Shown: positions 11,801-19,600 of the stretch, one piece after another
Layout: the number at the start of each line of letters is the position of its first letter
Numbering within the stretch: position 1 is the first letter of the stretch
Virus record (IMG/VR): IMGVR_UViG_3300044642_000074
Span: 50,809-114,808 of that record
Strand: one strand, 5' to 3'
Length of the DNA stretch: 64,000 nucleotides
Source: a virus
Made by a program: the position numbers and the translations under genes
The notes under the pieces: model-generated
What the model saw: the letters and a program-made list of their open reading frames with translations, nothing else
What the model was told of the DNA's origin: nothing
Database searches by the model: none

Positions 11801-14800
11801 ACATATCTAGCTGTGAACAAAGAGATTGCGGTGGTAGAACAGCATAAGCTTATCTACGGTCATCCAGTTATGTATAAAGATTTGGCTAAGCGTGCAAACG
11901 GTGCCAACTCTAACAAAGATGCTATTGTAGATAACCACGAGATTGTCAAGTGGATGGATCAGAACATGCCGCGTTTGGATGGCAAGAAGCGTAGTAGCAA
12001 TACTACACAGACATTTAAGAATATTTCTTTCAAGGATGTTAATACGGTATCTGAGTTTTATAAAGAGATAGCAGAAAACATGTATGCTTCTATGAAGGAA
12101 GACATGTCAAAAGATGCTGCAGAAAAACGTATTGGTGTTAAGTTTGACGCCAAGGGTAAGTTCAAAAACTTTATCCTTGATGACAAGAAAGGATTTACCG
12201 GAGAGATCAAGGCTTATCTTAACCTTAATGAGGCGGACGCTCAGGCGTATATCATGCCTGATCTTTATAGAGACATGTTATACTTGTCTTCTAAGATCAG
12301 TAAGAACCAGCTTCGTCAGTGGGAGTATGAAAGAGCCTACGAGGTGGTAGCAAGAAGCTCAAAGCGTAAGGACCACCCTGCATATAAAAACTACTCTAAG
12401 ATTTATACTAAGGAACAAATGGCTGAGTTTAGGAAGATTGTTGAGGCCGGAAGCCCTGGTATAGTTATGCAGCCACTCAAACCTCAGTACTTTGGTTATG
12501 CTAATAACTCAAGCCTGATGCAGACCGTGTTCCTTAAACACTCGGTACAACCTAAGTTCTACCGTCAGGTAGAGGGCAGTCAGTTTGAAAAACTTTATTT
12601 GGCTGCACAGAACAATCAGGTAGATATTGTAGGCTTTGAGTCTGGAGAGAAAGTAGGTAACATGCTTAACAGCAAGGGAGAGTTCTTGCCTATATATAAT
12701 ACAGCCGGTGAAATTAACATACCGGTTCAGTATGATCAGAACGGAAACACCCAGTCTGTAAACCTTCCTGACGGCATGCCGGTACAGGAATTGTTTACCC
12801 GTTACTATGGTATTCAGCAGGAAGTACCTGCTCTTTCTAAGAGCAAGGTTGTACGCGGTACCCAGGTAACCAAGCTGGTTATGAGTAACTTCAAGGTAGA
12901 TGGTAAGTTTACATCTGCTGAAGCAGAAGCTAAGGTTAATGAGTACAATAGTATTCTAAGACAAATGATCCGTTTGGGTAAAGAGGAGTTATTAGAAGAG
13001 CTGGGTATGCAGAGACTTGGTGATGGAAGCTATATTGTTGCTGACATTAATAAGATGGTAAGCATGCTCAGGGAAGAGTTGGAAAAGAGAGATCTTCCAA
13101 ACAATTTGATTGATGGCTTACAGGCTACACCAGATGGTAGCAGCCTTATGTATAAGTTTGACACGCTGGCTAACCGTAATAAGATTGACAATATCCTGAA
13201 CTCTATTGTAGATAGCAGGGTAATTTCAGATAAGATGTTTGGTAAGTCTGCCGTACAGGTAGCTTCTACAGGTTTTGAAGGAGCTGGTCGTACAATGGTT
13301 TACCTAAATAATGGTGTATACGAAGAGGTTGCTGAAAATGAACTGACCGATGAACAGCGTGCAAGTGTACAGACTACATCCAATGAACTTAAGTTCTACC
13401 GTAATGAAAACGGCAGGATTCAAGGTATGGAAGTATACATATCCTGGTTCTTTGACGGAGTTAAACCTGAAGATGTTGGTTTAAAACTGGTTAACGGTAT
13501 TTACCAGATTCCGGAAAACTTTGACATGCGTTTACTGGAAGCTATCGGTTTTCGTATTCCTACTCAAGGTATGAACTCTATTGAGAACATCATCATCAAA
13601 GGATTCCTACCTAAGGAAGCCGGTGATATGGTGGTAGTTCCATCTGAGATTGTAGGTAAGGCCGGATCTGACTTTGACATAGATAAGCTAAACATGTACC
13701 TGTCTAACTACTATGTATTAGACGGAAAGATTAACTACCTGCAAGACGGGTTGACTACAGAACAGCTTACTGAAATAGCCAAGAAAATATATGCTGAGAA
13801 TACTGACACAAGAGTAGAAACTAATGAGTTTATTAACTCTGTTTTTGAAGGAATACCTAATGATGAAACAGAATTTGTTCAGTCTTTTGTAAAGAGTTAT
13901 GAGAAGAAGAATCTGCAGAACAAGTTTAAGAAAGTAATGCAGGATCTTGTTTCTCTACCTGAGAACTATCGTCAGTTGGTTGTACCTAACGGTGCCGCTA
14001 CACTGAAGTCTCTAGCTTCTGAGATCAATGAACTTAAGGGTAGAGATGATGCTGAGTCTTCATTCCTGGCCCTAAGAAAGTTTATTCCTATGGCTGAGGT
14101 ACGCCAACGTTACCTTACCGGTAAAGCAATGGTGGGTATCGCTGCCCTCCAGACTACCTCTCATACTATGAGTCAGGTATCTAGTATCAGACTTACCGGT
14201 ACATACGATCCTAAATCACTGTACTATCTTTTTGAAGGTACCCGTAAAAAAGAGATCATTGTTCGTCTGCCACATAACCGTACTGAAAACGGTGATCTAT
14301 ATCTCTATGCAAAGAAAGATCAGAGCGGACGTTGGATATCAGAACTTCTGTCTGAGGCATTGACTGGTTTCGTGGATGCAGCAAAAGATCCGTTTGTATT
14401 TGAACTTAACCTTAGTCTTGGTACAGCTGGTACCTGGTTTTATCTACAGAAGTTAGGTGTACCTGTTCAGGATATAGCTTACCTATTCAACCAGCCAATT
14501 GTTGACCAGTACATGAAGGAAGAGGCTAAGAACCGTTCTTACTTCAAGAAAGCCAACGATGAGTCACTGAGCAAGTTTTTGCTGATGATGAAGGTAGCTG
14601 CTCCTTATATGGATAACGTTCCTTCGTTAAGGGGAACTTATGAGAAGATCAACAACCTTCTTTCTGAAATAGAAAAGTTTGAGGACGCAGATATTCCTTT
14701 CCAGCTTAAGAATCAGCAGATCATTGGATTCAGAAAACAGATCAAGCAGCTTCGCCAGAAGACTGCAGATGAGCTTGCTTCTCTTAGAGACGAGTCTAAG

Positions 14801-16618
14801 ACACTTCGTACTGATGATCTAAGAGGTTCTATTGAACGCTATTATAGCAAAGGATATAAACTTAATGAGAAGGATTCAATCTTCCAGTTAGGTGTACTTT
14901 TAGATTATCTGGAATACAACTCTCAGGCTCAGTACTTGACTGAGTTTATTCGCTCTATTGGATATGATAATACCAAGACTAAGTCTATCATAGAGAACCA
15001 GTTGCAGAATACTCGTTGGGAAAAGATGCTGGGTAGTGAGTTTATTGCTAACCCAGAGGCTATTCTTGAGAATACTTTCATTGGTGAGATGAAAGAACAG
15101 AAGGAAGATCTTCCTAACCTGTTCCGTAATTTCTTTGTTTCTCTGCATCCTAAGGCTCAGCCGGTCTTTGAACCACTGAAAAGACAGATAAACAACCGGG
15201 ATATCTTTATGCTTCCTGATGCCCAGGCTGAGTTGATAAACAAATACCAGAACTTCTTTATAAATTATATTATACAGACTACTCCGTATATGAAGAACGG
15301 AATACAGACCAGCTTGAATGGTCAGTATGAAAACTTGATGAAAGGAGCAATGTCTATGGGTAAACAGCTGAAGATGCTTCGTGAGGTTCCTGATCCTAAT
15401 ATTTCTGAGAACCTAGTTGTAAAGGAACTCCTGCCTATCCTAACATCTGATTCTACGCAGGTAGATAATATCAAGCTGTTTAAGAATCGTATGGATACTT
15501 TTAAAAACAATATACTTATAGAGTCTGTAGACAATCTGTACAGCTATGCTAAGACTACTGGTAATATAGCTCTACAAAACTTTGTAGAAAATTTGGGAAC
15601 ATTTGCTATCTTGCAAACAGGTCTACAAGAAGGTGGTTTAAACTACACAAAGATTCTTCCAGTTCACCTCTATACAAAGGTTGTTAATGAGATCATGACC
15701 AACTTTACAGATGGTGTAGCAGAGGTTAATCCTCAGCTTGTTTGGAGACAGTTCCATCAGAACAACTGGAGAAACCAGAACATCACACCTAGAGTGAAGT
15801 TTGCAAAGAAAGATAAGCTTACCGGTAATTTATTACTTAGTGCAAGCTACAGTGATTCAGAGTATGACTATGTTTCTAAGACAACCATACGCCCTGACAT
15901 TGCCGGCCGTGCAAACGAGCAGAGAAGAGCTGAGCTCCTTAAGCAGAAGAGATACAATGAGGTGTTTGAGACTGTTATATATGAAAAGATTCAGAGTGAC
16001 CTGGATATGGGAGATGATACAAACGTAGCTTACCGACCTATACAAAAACTTGGAGACGTATATAAATTCGTGGAAGTATACGCAACAGACAGATCGTCTA
16101 TTATACCTCAGAACCTTACCGTGGATCTTACCACAGGAGCTCTTCAGGCTACTTATATTCCTCAAAGTGAAGTAAGTGTAGTAAGTGAAGCTAGTGCTGT
16201 AAAACCGGTACTGCCTCAGAATCAGGGTATGGCAATGCCTTCTAACTTAATCTTGAACCTAGGTGGAGTACAACCTGTTGCTGCTGAATCTAAAGTAGCA
16301 GAAGCTGCTTTAACACCAGTTGATAAAAATACTCTAAAAGATGGTGACGTTGTTTTTGACAAAAACGGAACCAGATTTACATTTAGAGGTTTAAGAGCTG
16401 AAGGACAAGTTGGTGCTCGTTCTCCAAGACTTGAAGAAGCCAATGGAAATATTGTTATTCCTGGTGAAAACATACAGCTTTTCCGTTCATCTGATCAGAA
16501 CATTTCCGATGCTCAGATCATTGCTAGCTCTGAATACAAAACCTGGGCTGCCAATAATGCTAATCCGTTAATGACTGACCAAGAGAATTTAGAATACTAT
16601 AAACAGTGTAAGTTATAA
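2807..16618 (+). CDS. Giant virion-packaged DNA-dependent RNA polymerase (crAss-type) with a degenerate zincin-like domain
   Basis: 4603 aa; RIPTQGMNS and GSDFDIDKL (DFDID at 13670-13684), ESGEKVG; Gly/Ala-rich hydrophobic N-terminal region; GFHEAFEAVW...EMLAE. Confidence 0.9.
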   Translation: MIENLFEQGLDNVDVPENLEETPGLELGNLDQPESPEQSPLGTPAPVQSTPSVDPPTKKYKSYEAALDAAELGAKKFFPFADTDFLRSKTVSGDRARKYNDMEYGYRYGVDMDDFYGEMESPLTTFAKGAGRFVLGVGTKVGQGAGFLLGLANPQNWDEDIITKASDNGITYLFDQLDEKTKQDWLPTFQEAADRDKGFWNKFFTDGDFWMTDAVDGAAFLVSAWVPGMALSKLGLGTKLAQSLSGLRLGVGGAEAAVEGAAMTQNYLTKANSIFKTGIDKFNAWALATSSEAMFEAAEARRGIIDSLTYDEFGRLKINPVTGTPYSEDEKRKIAGGAAQNSFLLNAALLAGTNALELRWIGSMFGAGERAAVSGITGATNLTDRMVAEQAVGKFSKFLSSGKGAFLSGATQGILAEGFVEENAQLAIQRVNQQYGMQGKVAEFGNLGDFITQFKNQTFNALIGKDPEAATSIGIGGILGTLGGGISSTIQQRKDRTLTEQVINAYNLAQDNWLKFGNIYKTQDVFTVDEQGTTVKTQQVVFDQNGEPVVDQEKLSGALTGYTAVTAALDEASKLQPGFQRDILRDTAFADFVTAHINAGIENTVIDKLNSLQKASPQDLAKLGFTVGENAEQQINRYKNLASAIINQNKLINSDILVDNSQEDKARKNYLLKLAADQAVYKSLVNENQTALTEIQNQLVTSENSSLSDGLVEQLNELAQRIKSQEEILQEMGTSPDTGIRKQVANQVLDELKQNYEQLEKDNTTTIQSLKKDKDGFYEYEKPGRNIPGVYDQYKKKVRLKGELQNQIKLNGLEWSKYADTKNGKQNFLQMFKEDIVDPLTQAAAEAQDAQSQLGKTITLTGTDANGNPKAIDITVGKLYVGKFTKSERYRGKQIVSVFNNDKIKILDISEDGSTVTIKANGEVMEMSAQELADIAIPENWRAFDSLTDDQKLYLTLRNQVIEYRVLERDASGKPIKQANGKYKTRVVKGRVAMNKNRTDLLFTYIDPTTNKKKFVDFDMRYVVNQESLEKLLTPQQFSVKSQEEKVKQKYETQKQFLTNLITETEAKLADADTRRQANVQEFQKLEEDLKGMREMLEEAVSFLEKNPYTRGRKSNAYKSMEELSQQLTDEINKKETQLAALQKEKEDLTNLLEALKSTNELYYQGLIELEETSQPFLADQSGSIFAQEQADLETAQDNQVTRRFNSSELEQMIEQTETEVELIDDRVNYLQGYINQLKKMLDKVLVFKDVADALMEITDREQLRNALKMLEDQSSVLADNTDVTKVGDILLPSAPVENIAPQVTDVIKKEIVKALRKGLARGDKGIEAQYTLELIQRLKDSVQEMDDLIQKRDELAPKLIRLETALQQKQLLTSLQERVNFLKTIQEGLLAQYEIRQQEILTQRQSKTAEVVQNQMMGDKLADEEVSQDSETYNFDVKKPLLAVHGLFTTAGRHFVDDADTELNMENNNALFYKLSAMADLLTDEFYLMPVTAENDTFGIRRPDVYGDDIKLVVVKKVGNEFKFVDANGEVLENPTKETLVYTSMHGNATMFGDNVQAAVDSVKNSFTTKGLTDAEILDHIKRFKAFRDKIKADIEAGRPAYVPVMGKSKGVQVFVEKDASGLPQELPMEGRLISEDTADYTNMTHPDGQGISLVVSTLKDNTAVDVKPGRVIMQKADGTGFRVFNRQLSQEEKDNFINTLKVLTGLLARKNSTTSPLSKQEALDLSDVLTYLNGLVFWTKQDSISQSENKFYINQDNGMLYRGTNAVALTADAIEAAKETLTKDLYHQVNNNLVKLNDPFFQVIVDENMKISKVEYQNYVHYLLGTQDMKGQNRRLGTPVVYTNTPAYSPDDLTPQLKSVFFTYQDPDNPIIPKVTVTQNNIAFPAAQAQPNGQPVVGTAATGFVINPAAFGATAPAASQQQTPAPAVAAQNPFIFNPAGFTAQPQAQPAAQPQPAVPGFVFNPNQPVQPQSTTQAPANPFILNTAEFVAPPQPVFPTTQTATPGASTLISTILSDQYQQSMPSMSDPSTKVSNVYREALDTLKKREDFKKVAKWFSEKLPQISVEKVAELIDGIAWGAFKNGAVYISENAEEGTGFHEAFEAVWGSYLTVEEQMELAKAFRSLEGEFTNPFTKETKPYSQASMYDVREMLAEGMRDYMLERSTYGGKILAFFKELWNAIKALVGLGNINEAEELINNVYKSINQGKYVNAKQVRDVSMMGTAYSQAIPGTTQEFSTQFTEGLTGFFFMNLYASQKNIDSLLDKYSNTNQLLKQLFVQSLEDMKSYLVGPMSNFAQRYVNVARKQLGRDLTQDELNFLYTQYLNQDRNAYQIEQAFGQPKYVYDNLKASLKKFGLQFKELTSQEDEEFINNKEESVTDALGIRDAIFIDPRRLTAVNFRMLLGSLTSDTYDSAYKSDTNPMGIVFEKNNLGLPKLIDFDNVHNMLINELNGSASRIEGGKFIDALTEMMNKLDKKYKNINGTYKPGYVWIQRLKNRLKYAGTEGSYFTTANITADDIALMIGFEKSLLNKQNLPVKTIIGENGYIFDTDPIQTNSESKIREEWENNVMTSTQPLSRKSQSSLLGVDDKGMIVIDRSSYAYAGNPADTSKPHLSMSRPTFNQIIEILSEFGIKFTASNEELKKHKVAINRSYSAIREKIIDGTISTMQDLYGRNVVNKAITDLVEIQAEYSAEDNVLMHLTAEGKPQYSITLPSNITYVLNSLNDAKNLADFVSSNPQFGFVDQSGNVALHPYQSRSLLLKPGGLIFDADGNKRLDMDVKYHLISGVAAQDSDGTNTSDLTYPDRVMQEIHYLLKNIHYTIINSDKSTEFALGLNNSFVSFREASAGIDSADFSKVINIYMDQLEDEIDSAVREQELPSNIQYYSKEVKQLGHYRDILGPALVKEFTDKVLKKKMTKQDFMNKPAVQAAIKNHITGLASETLQGLIDLDIIKATQVGTTTAGKPVFEYSTKAISQEQLSLLKLDGSQMNQADIESLMTYLAVNKEIAVVEQHKLIYGHPVMYKDLAKRANGANSNKDAIVDNHEIVKWMDQNMPRLDGKKRSSNTTQTFKNISFKDVNTVSEFYKEIAENMYASMKEDMSKDAAEKRIGVKFDAKGKFKNFILDDKKGFTGEIKAYLNLNEADAQAYIMPDLYRDMLYLSSKISKNQLRQWEYERAYEVVARSSKRKDHPAYKNYSKIYTKEQMAEFRKIVEAGSPGIVMQPLKPQYFGYANNSSLMQTVFLKHSVQPKFYRQVEGSQFEKLYLAAQNNQVDIVGFESGEKVGNMLNSKGEFLPIYNTAGEINIPVQYDQNGNTQSVNLPDGMPVQELFTRYYGIQQEVPALSKSKVVRGTQVTKLVMSNFKVDGKFTSAEAEAKVNEYNSILRQMIRLGKEELLEELGMQRLGDGSYIVADINKMVSMLREELEKRDLPNNLIDGLQATPDGSSLMYKFDTLANRNKIDNILNSIVDSRVISDKMFGKSAVQVASTGFEGAGRTMVYLNNGVYEEVAENELTDEQRASVQTTSNELKFYRNENGRIQGMEVYISWFFDGVKPEDVGLKLVNGIYQIPENFDMRLLEAIGFRIPTQGMNSIENIIIKGFLPKEAGDMVVVPSEIVGKAGSDFDIDKLNMYLSNYYVLDGKINYLQDGLTTEQLTEIAKKIYAENTDTRVETNEFINSVFEGIPNDETEFVQSFVKSYEKKNLQNKFKKVMQDLVSLPENYRQLVVPNGAATLKSLASEINELKGRDDAESSFLALRKFIPMAEVRQRYLTGKAMVGIAALQTTSHTMSQVSSIRLTGTYDPKSLYYLFEGTRKKEIIVRLPHNRTENGDLYLYAKKDQSGRWISELLSEALTGFVDAAKDPFVFELNLSLGTAGTWFYLQKLGVPVQDIAYLFNQPIVDQYMKEEAKNRSYFKKANDESLSKFLLMMKVAAPYMDNVPSLRGTYEKINNLLSEIEKFEDADIPFQLKNQQIIGFRKQIKQLRQKTADELASLRDESKTLRTDDLRGSIERYYSKGYKLNEKDSIFQLGVLLDYLEYNSQAQYLTEFIRSIGYDNTKTKSIIENQLQNTRWEKMLGSEFIANPEAILENTFIGEMKEQKEDLPNLFRNFFVSLHPKAQPVFEPLKRQINNRDIFMLPDAQAELINKYQNFFINYIIQTTPYMKNGIQTSLNGQYENLMKGAMSMGKQLKMLREVPDPNISENLVVKELLPILTSDSTQVDNIKLFKNRMDTFKNNILIESVDNLYSYAKTTGNIALQNFVENLGTFAILQTGLQEGGLNYTKILPVHLYTKVVNEIMTNFTDGVAEVNPQLVWRQFHQNNWRNQNITPRVKFAKKDKLTGNLLLSASYSDSEYDYVSKTTIRPDIAGRANEQRRAELLKQKRYNEVFETVIYEKIQSDLDMGDDTNVAYRPIQKLGDVYKFVEVYATDRSSIIPQNLTVDLTTGALQATYIPQSEVSVVSEASAVKPVLPQNQGMAMPSNLILNLGGVQPVAAESKVAEAALTPVDKNTLKDGDVVFDKNGTRFTFRGLRAEGQVGARSPRLEEANGNIVIPGENIQLFRSSDQNISDAQIIASSEYKTWAANNANPLMTDQENLEYYKQCKL
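8440..8830 (+). repeat. Pro/Ala/Gln-rich linker with four F-x-x-N-[PT] repeats inside the vRNAP
   Basis: GFVINPAAF, NPFIFNPAGF, GFVFNPNQP, NPFILNTAEF. Confidence 0.75.
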
Positions 16619-16622
16619 ACCT

Positions 16623-19600
16623 ATGAAGTGTCTTAATACATCTTTACCTACTGTACAAGAAAGTTTGGCAGTAATCAAGTCTGAGCCCATGGTGGCTAAG
16701 ATCTTGGATATGCTGGATGAAAACGCTACTTCCCAAGACGTTATAAAAAAGTACAATGACATGTACAATAAGTCTGAGGAAGGAACAAAACTGAACCAGA
16801 AAGTCATGAGCTTTCTGGACAAGATTGGTGTATCTGTAGAAAAGGTAAACCAGATCAAGGATGCTGAAGGTAATCCTTTGCAAGCTACAGCCAAGGCTGA
16901 TATGCTCAATAAGATTATTCAGGTTATTGAAGGTCGTGCTGATCTTAACACATTATCTGAGGAAGCCGCTCACTTTTTTGTAGAGATGCTGAACGATGAC
17001 AGTCCGTTGCTTAAAGAGATGATGGATAAGATCACCGGTTATGATCTGTATAGACAGACTGTAGAAAGATATAAGAATCTGCCTGAGTATAGACTTCAGG
17101 GAGGTGGTGTTAACTTTCCTAAGCTTAAGAAGGAAGCTATTGGTCAGCTGATAGCTCAGGCTATTATCAGACAGGAACAAGGGAATGAGACTGATGAACG
17201 TCTTGGTTTCTTGATGAAATGGTGGAGCAAGCTTTGGGACTTTGTTACTAAGTCTTTTAGCAGGGTAGAGGAGAATCCGTTTGAAACAGCTGCTCAGCAA
17301 ATTGTAGCCGGGGAAACTGCAGACTTAGAAGTAAACAAAGACATAGAAGGTGTATACTTTCAGCTTGATGATAGTATAAACAAACTAAAGGACGAGCAAA
17401 GCAGATTGACACTAGATAACAGTGTTGATCCGCGTACTGGACAGAAGCGTCACGTATACAATCGTGATGGCAAAGTTGTAAAGTTAAACGTTACTACAGC
17501 TAAAGTAGACCCATACTATAGAAGCATATTCCCTAATGACAAAAGAGACGAGCGTAAAAAGCAGGTTGACCTTGAAAAAGCTCAGTACGGGGACATGATC
17601 CACGCTACTATAGAAGCAATCATTGATACTTATATTGATCCAATAACAAAGAGACGCAGGGTTAGCCCGGCTCAGTCAAGATCTCAATACGTAGGTACTG
17701 ACTTCTATAATACCTTGGACGCTTATGTACGTGAGTTGATCAGTACATACGATCCTAATACCGTGTTTATGCGTGAGGTTAAGGTTTATGACCCAACTCA
17801 AGACATGGCAGGTAGTATTGACTTGATTGCCGTTACACCGGATGGTACCGTGAATGTTTATGACTGGAAGAGTCAGGAAGTAGGTAAAGGTAAAACTGAA
17901 CTTCCTTCTTATAAAGAAAAGGCATACAAGATTCAGCTGCAGGAATATGTAAACATACTTAGAAATGTATACGGCTTTAATAAGTTTGGTAAGATAAGAG
18001 CCATTCCTATTAAGACAAACTTTGCTTATACGGGTCCTGTAGGAGCTAAGCAGCTTTCCGGATTAAATAGTGTGGAGATCGCACCTGTTGACTCTCGTTT
18101 AACAGATCCATCTAAAGATTACTTGCTACCAATTACTTTAAAAGAAGATAAGGAAGAAGATGAAAGTCTTTCTGAAATGATTGGTAAGCTTAACAGCTTG
18201 TTAGAGCGTTTTGAAAACACAGCTAAGAATGCTAGAGCTTCCGAAAGAATTAAGATGCAGGATCAGATTGATCGTTACAGAAAAGCTATCAGGGATCTAC
18301 ATCTTAGAAAAGATATTAGGAAATTTATTGAGCTAGGTACTTTTGAAGTTAACCGCTACCAGAAGAAACTAAATGAAAACACCCTTACAGAAAAGGATGC
18401 TTTAGAATCACTAGATATCTTAAAGGTTTTCTCTGGTACTACCTATTACTTTAAGAACTATATGGGCCAGCTTCGTGCTGCATTAAATGCAGAGCAGGAT
18501 CCGAATGTAAAACAGATTTACCAGGATATCATCAATAACTATAACTCTCTTAACTCTAATGCTGAGATTACAGTAAAAGAAATGGAGAAGGCTATTTTGG
18601 AAATAGGTAAGAAGGTAGCTGAAGAAAAAGGAGGTATTCAGAATCTGATGATGTCAGAAAAAAAGATTGGTTCTGCTGCCGGATTCTTTGATGCTCTTAG
18701 CCAAATACCACAAAGAGCTTTTAAAGCTTTTTACAGAATACTTAGCGATGCTCAGAATAAACGTGACCTTTTATATGCAGAGTCTGTAAAAACCTTGGGT
18801 CAGCTTAAGACAGATCTTGATGCCTGGGCTAGAAATAAAGGTCTTGCTGGAGAAAGAATGTTTGACGGACTATTGGAAATAGATGAGAAAGGTAACTGGA
18901 ACGGTGAGTTTCTTAGAAAATATAATAAGCAAGCATATAAAGAACGTAAGAAAGCTATTGATGGTGCGGATATAAACTGGATCAAAGCTAATATGACTTT
19001 TGATAAAGCCTGGTATGAAAAAGACCTGGCTTCATACGTCAAGTATGTAGAGTCTATGCAGTATGATACAGATCCTCAGATAAACGCTGCTATTCAACAG
19101 CGTACAATCAATAACTGGATCTCTAACTTTAACGTTGCTGCAAACGGTCAGAATGACTTTGCGTTGTTAAATGTACAAAACAAGTACATGAGATTTAATG
19201 ATAACTGGATTACTGACAAGTGGAAGAACCTGCAGAAGCCAGAGAATGCACCGTTAAAGAAAGTGTATGATGAGTTCCAGAAACTTCTACGTAGGTCAGA
19301 AGACTTAGGTATGATAGATGAATACTCTTGGGACTTTATTCCGTCTATCTACAAAGGAAAGCTAGATCATATTGCTTTTGGTGGTAGTGTGTTTACCTCA
19401 AAAGGATTTTTAGAAGAGCTACAAGTAGCAACCGGAGACAACTATACACCACAGATAGATCCTATTACCGGTAAGGTTATGATGAACATACCTGTTCATT
19501 TTACCCAGGATATTGGGGTAGAAAAAGAAGATGGTACAGTTGATTACTCTCAGAAGAGTAGAGATCTTTTTAAAGTATTTGGTGTATGGTCTGCACAGAT

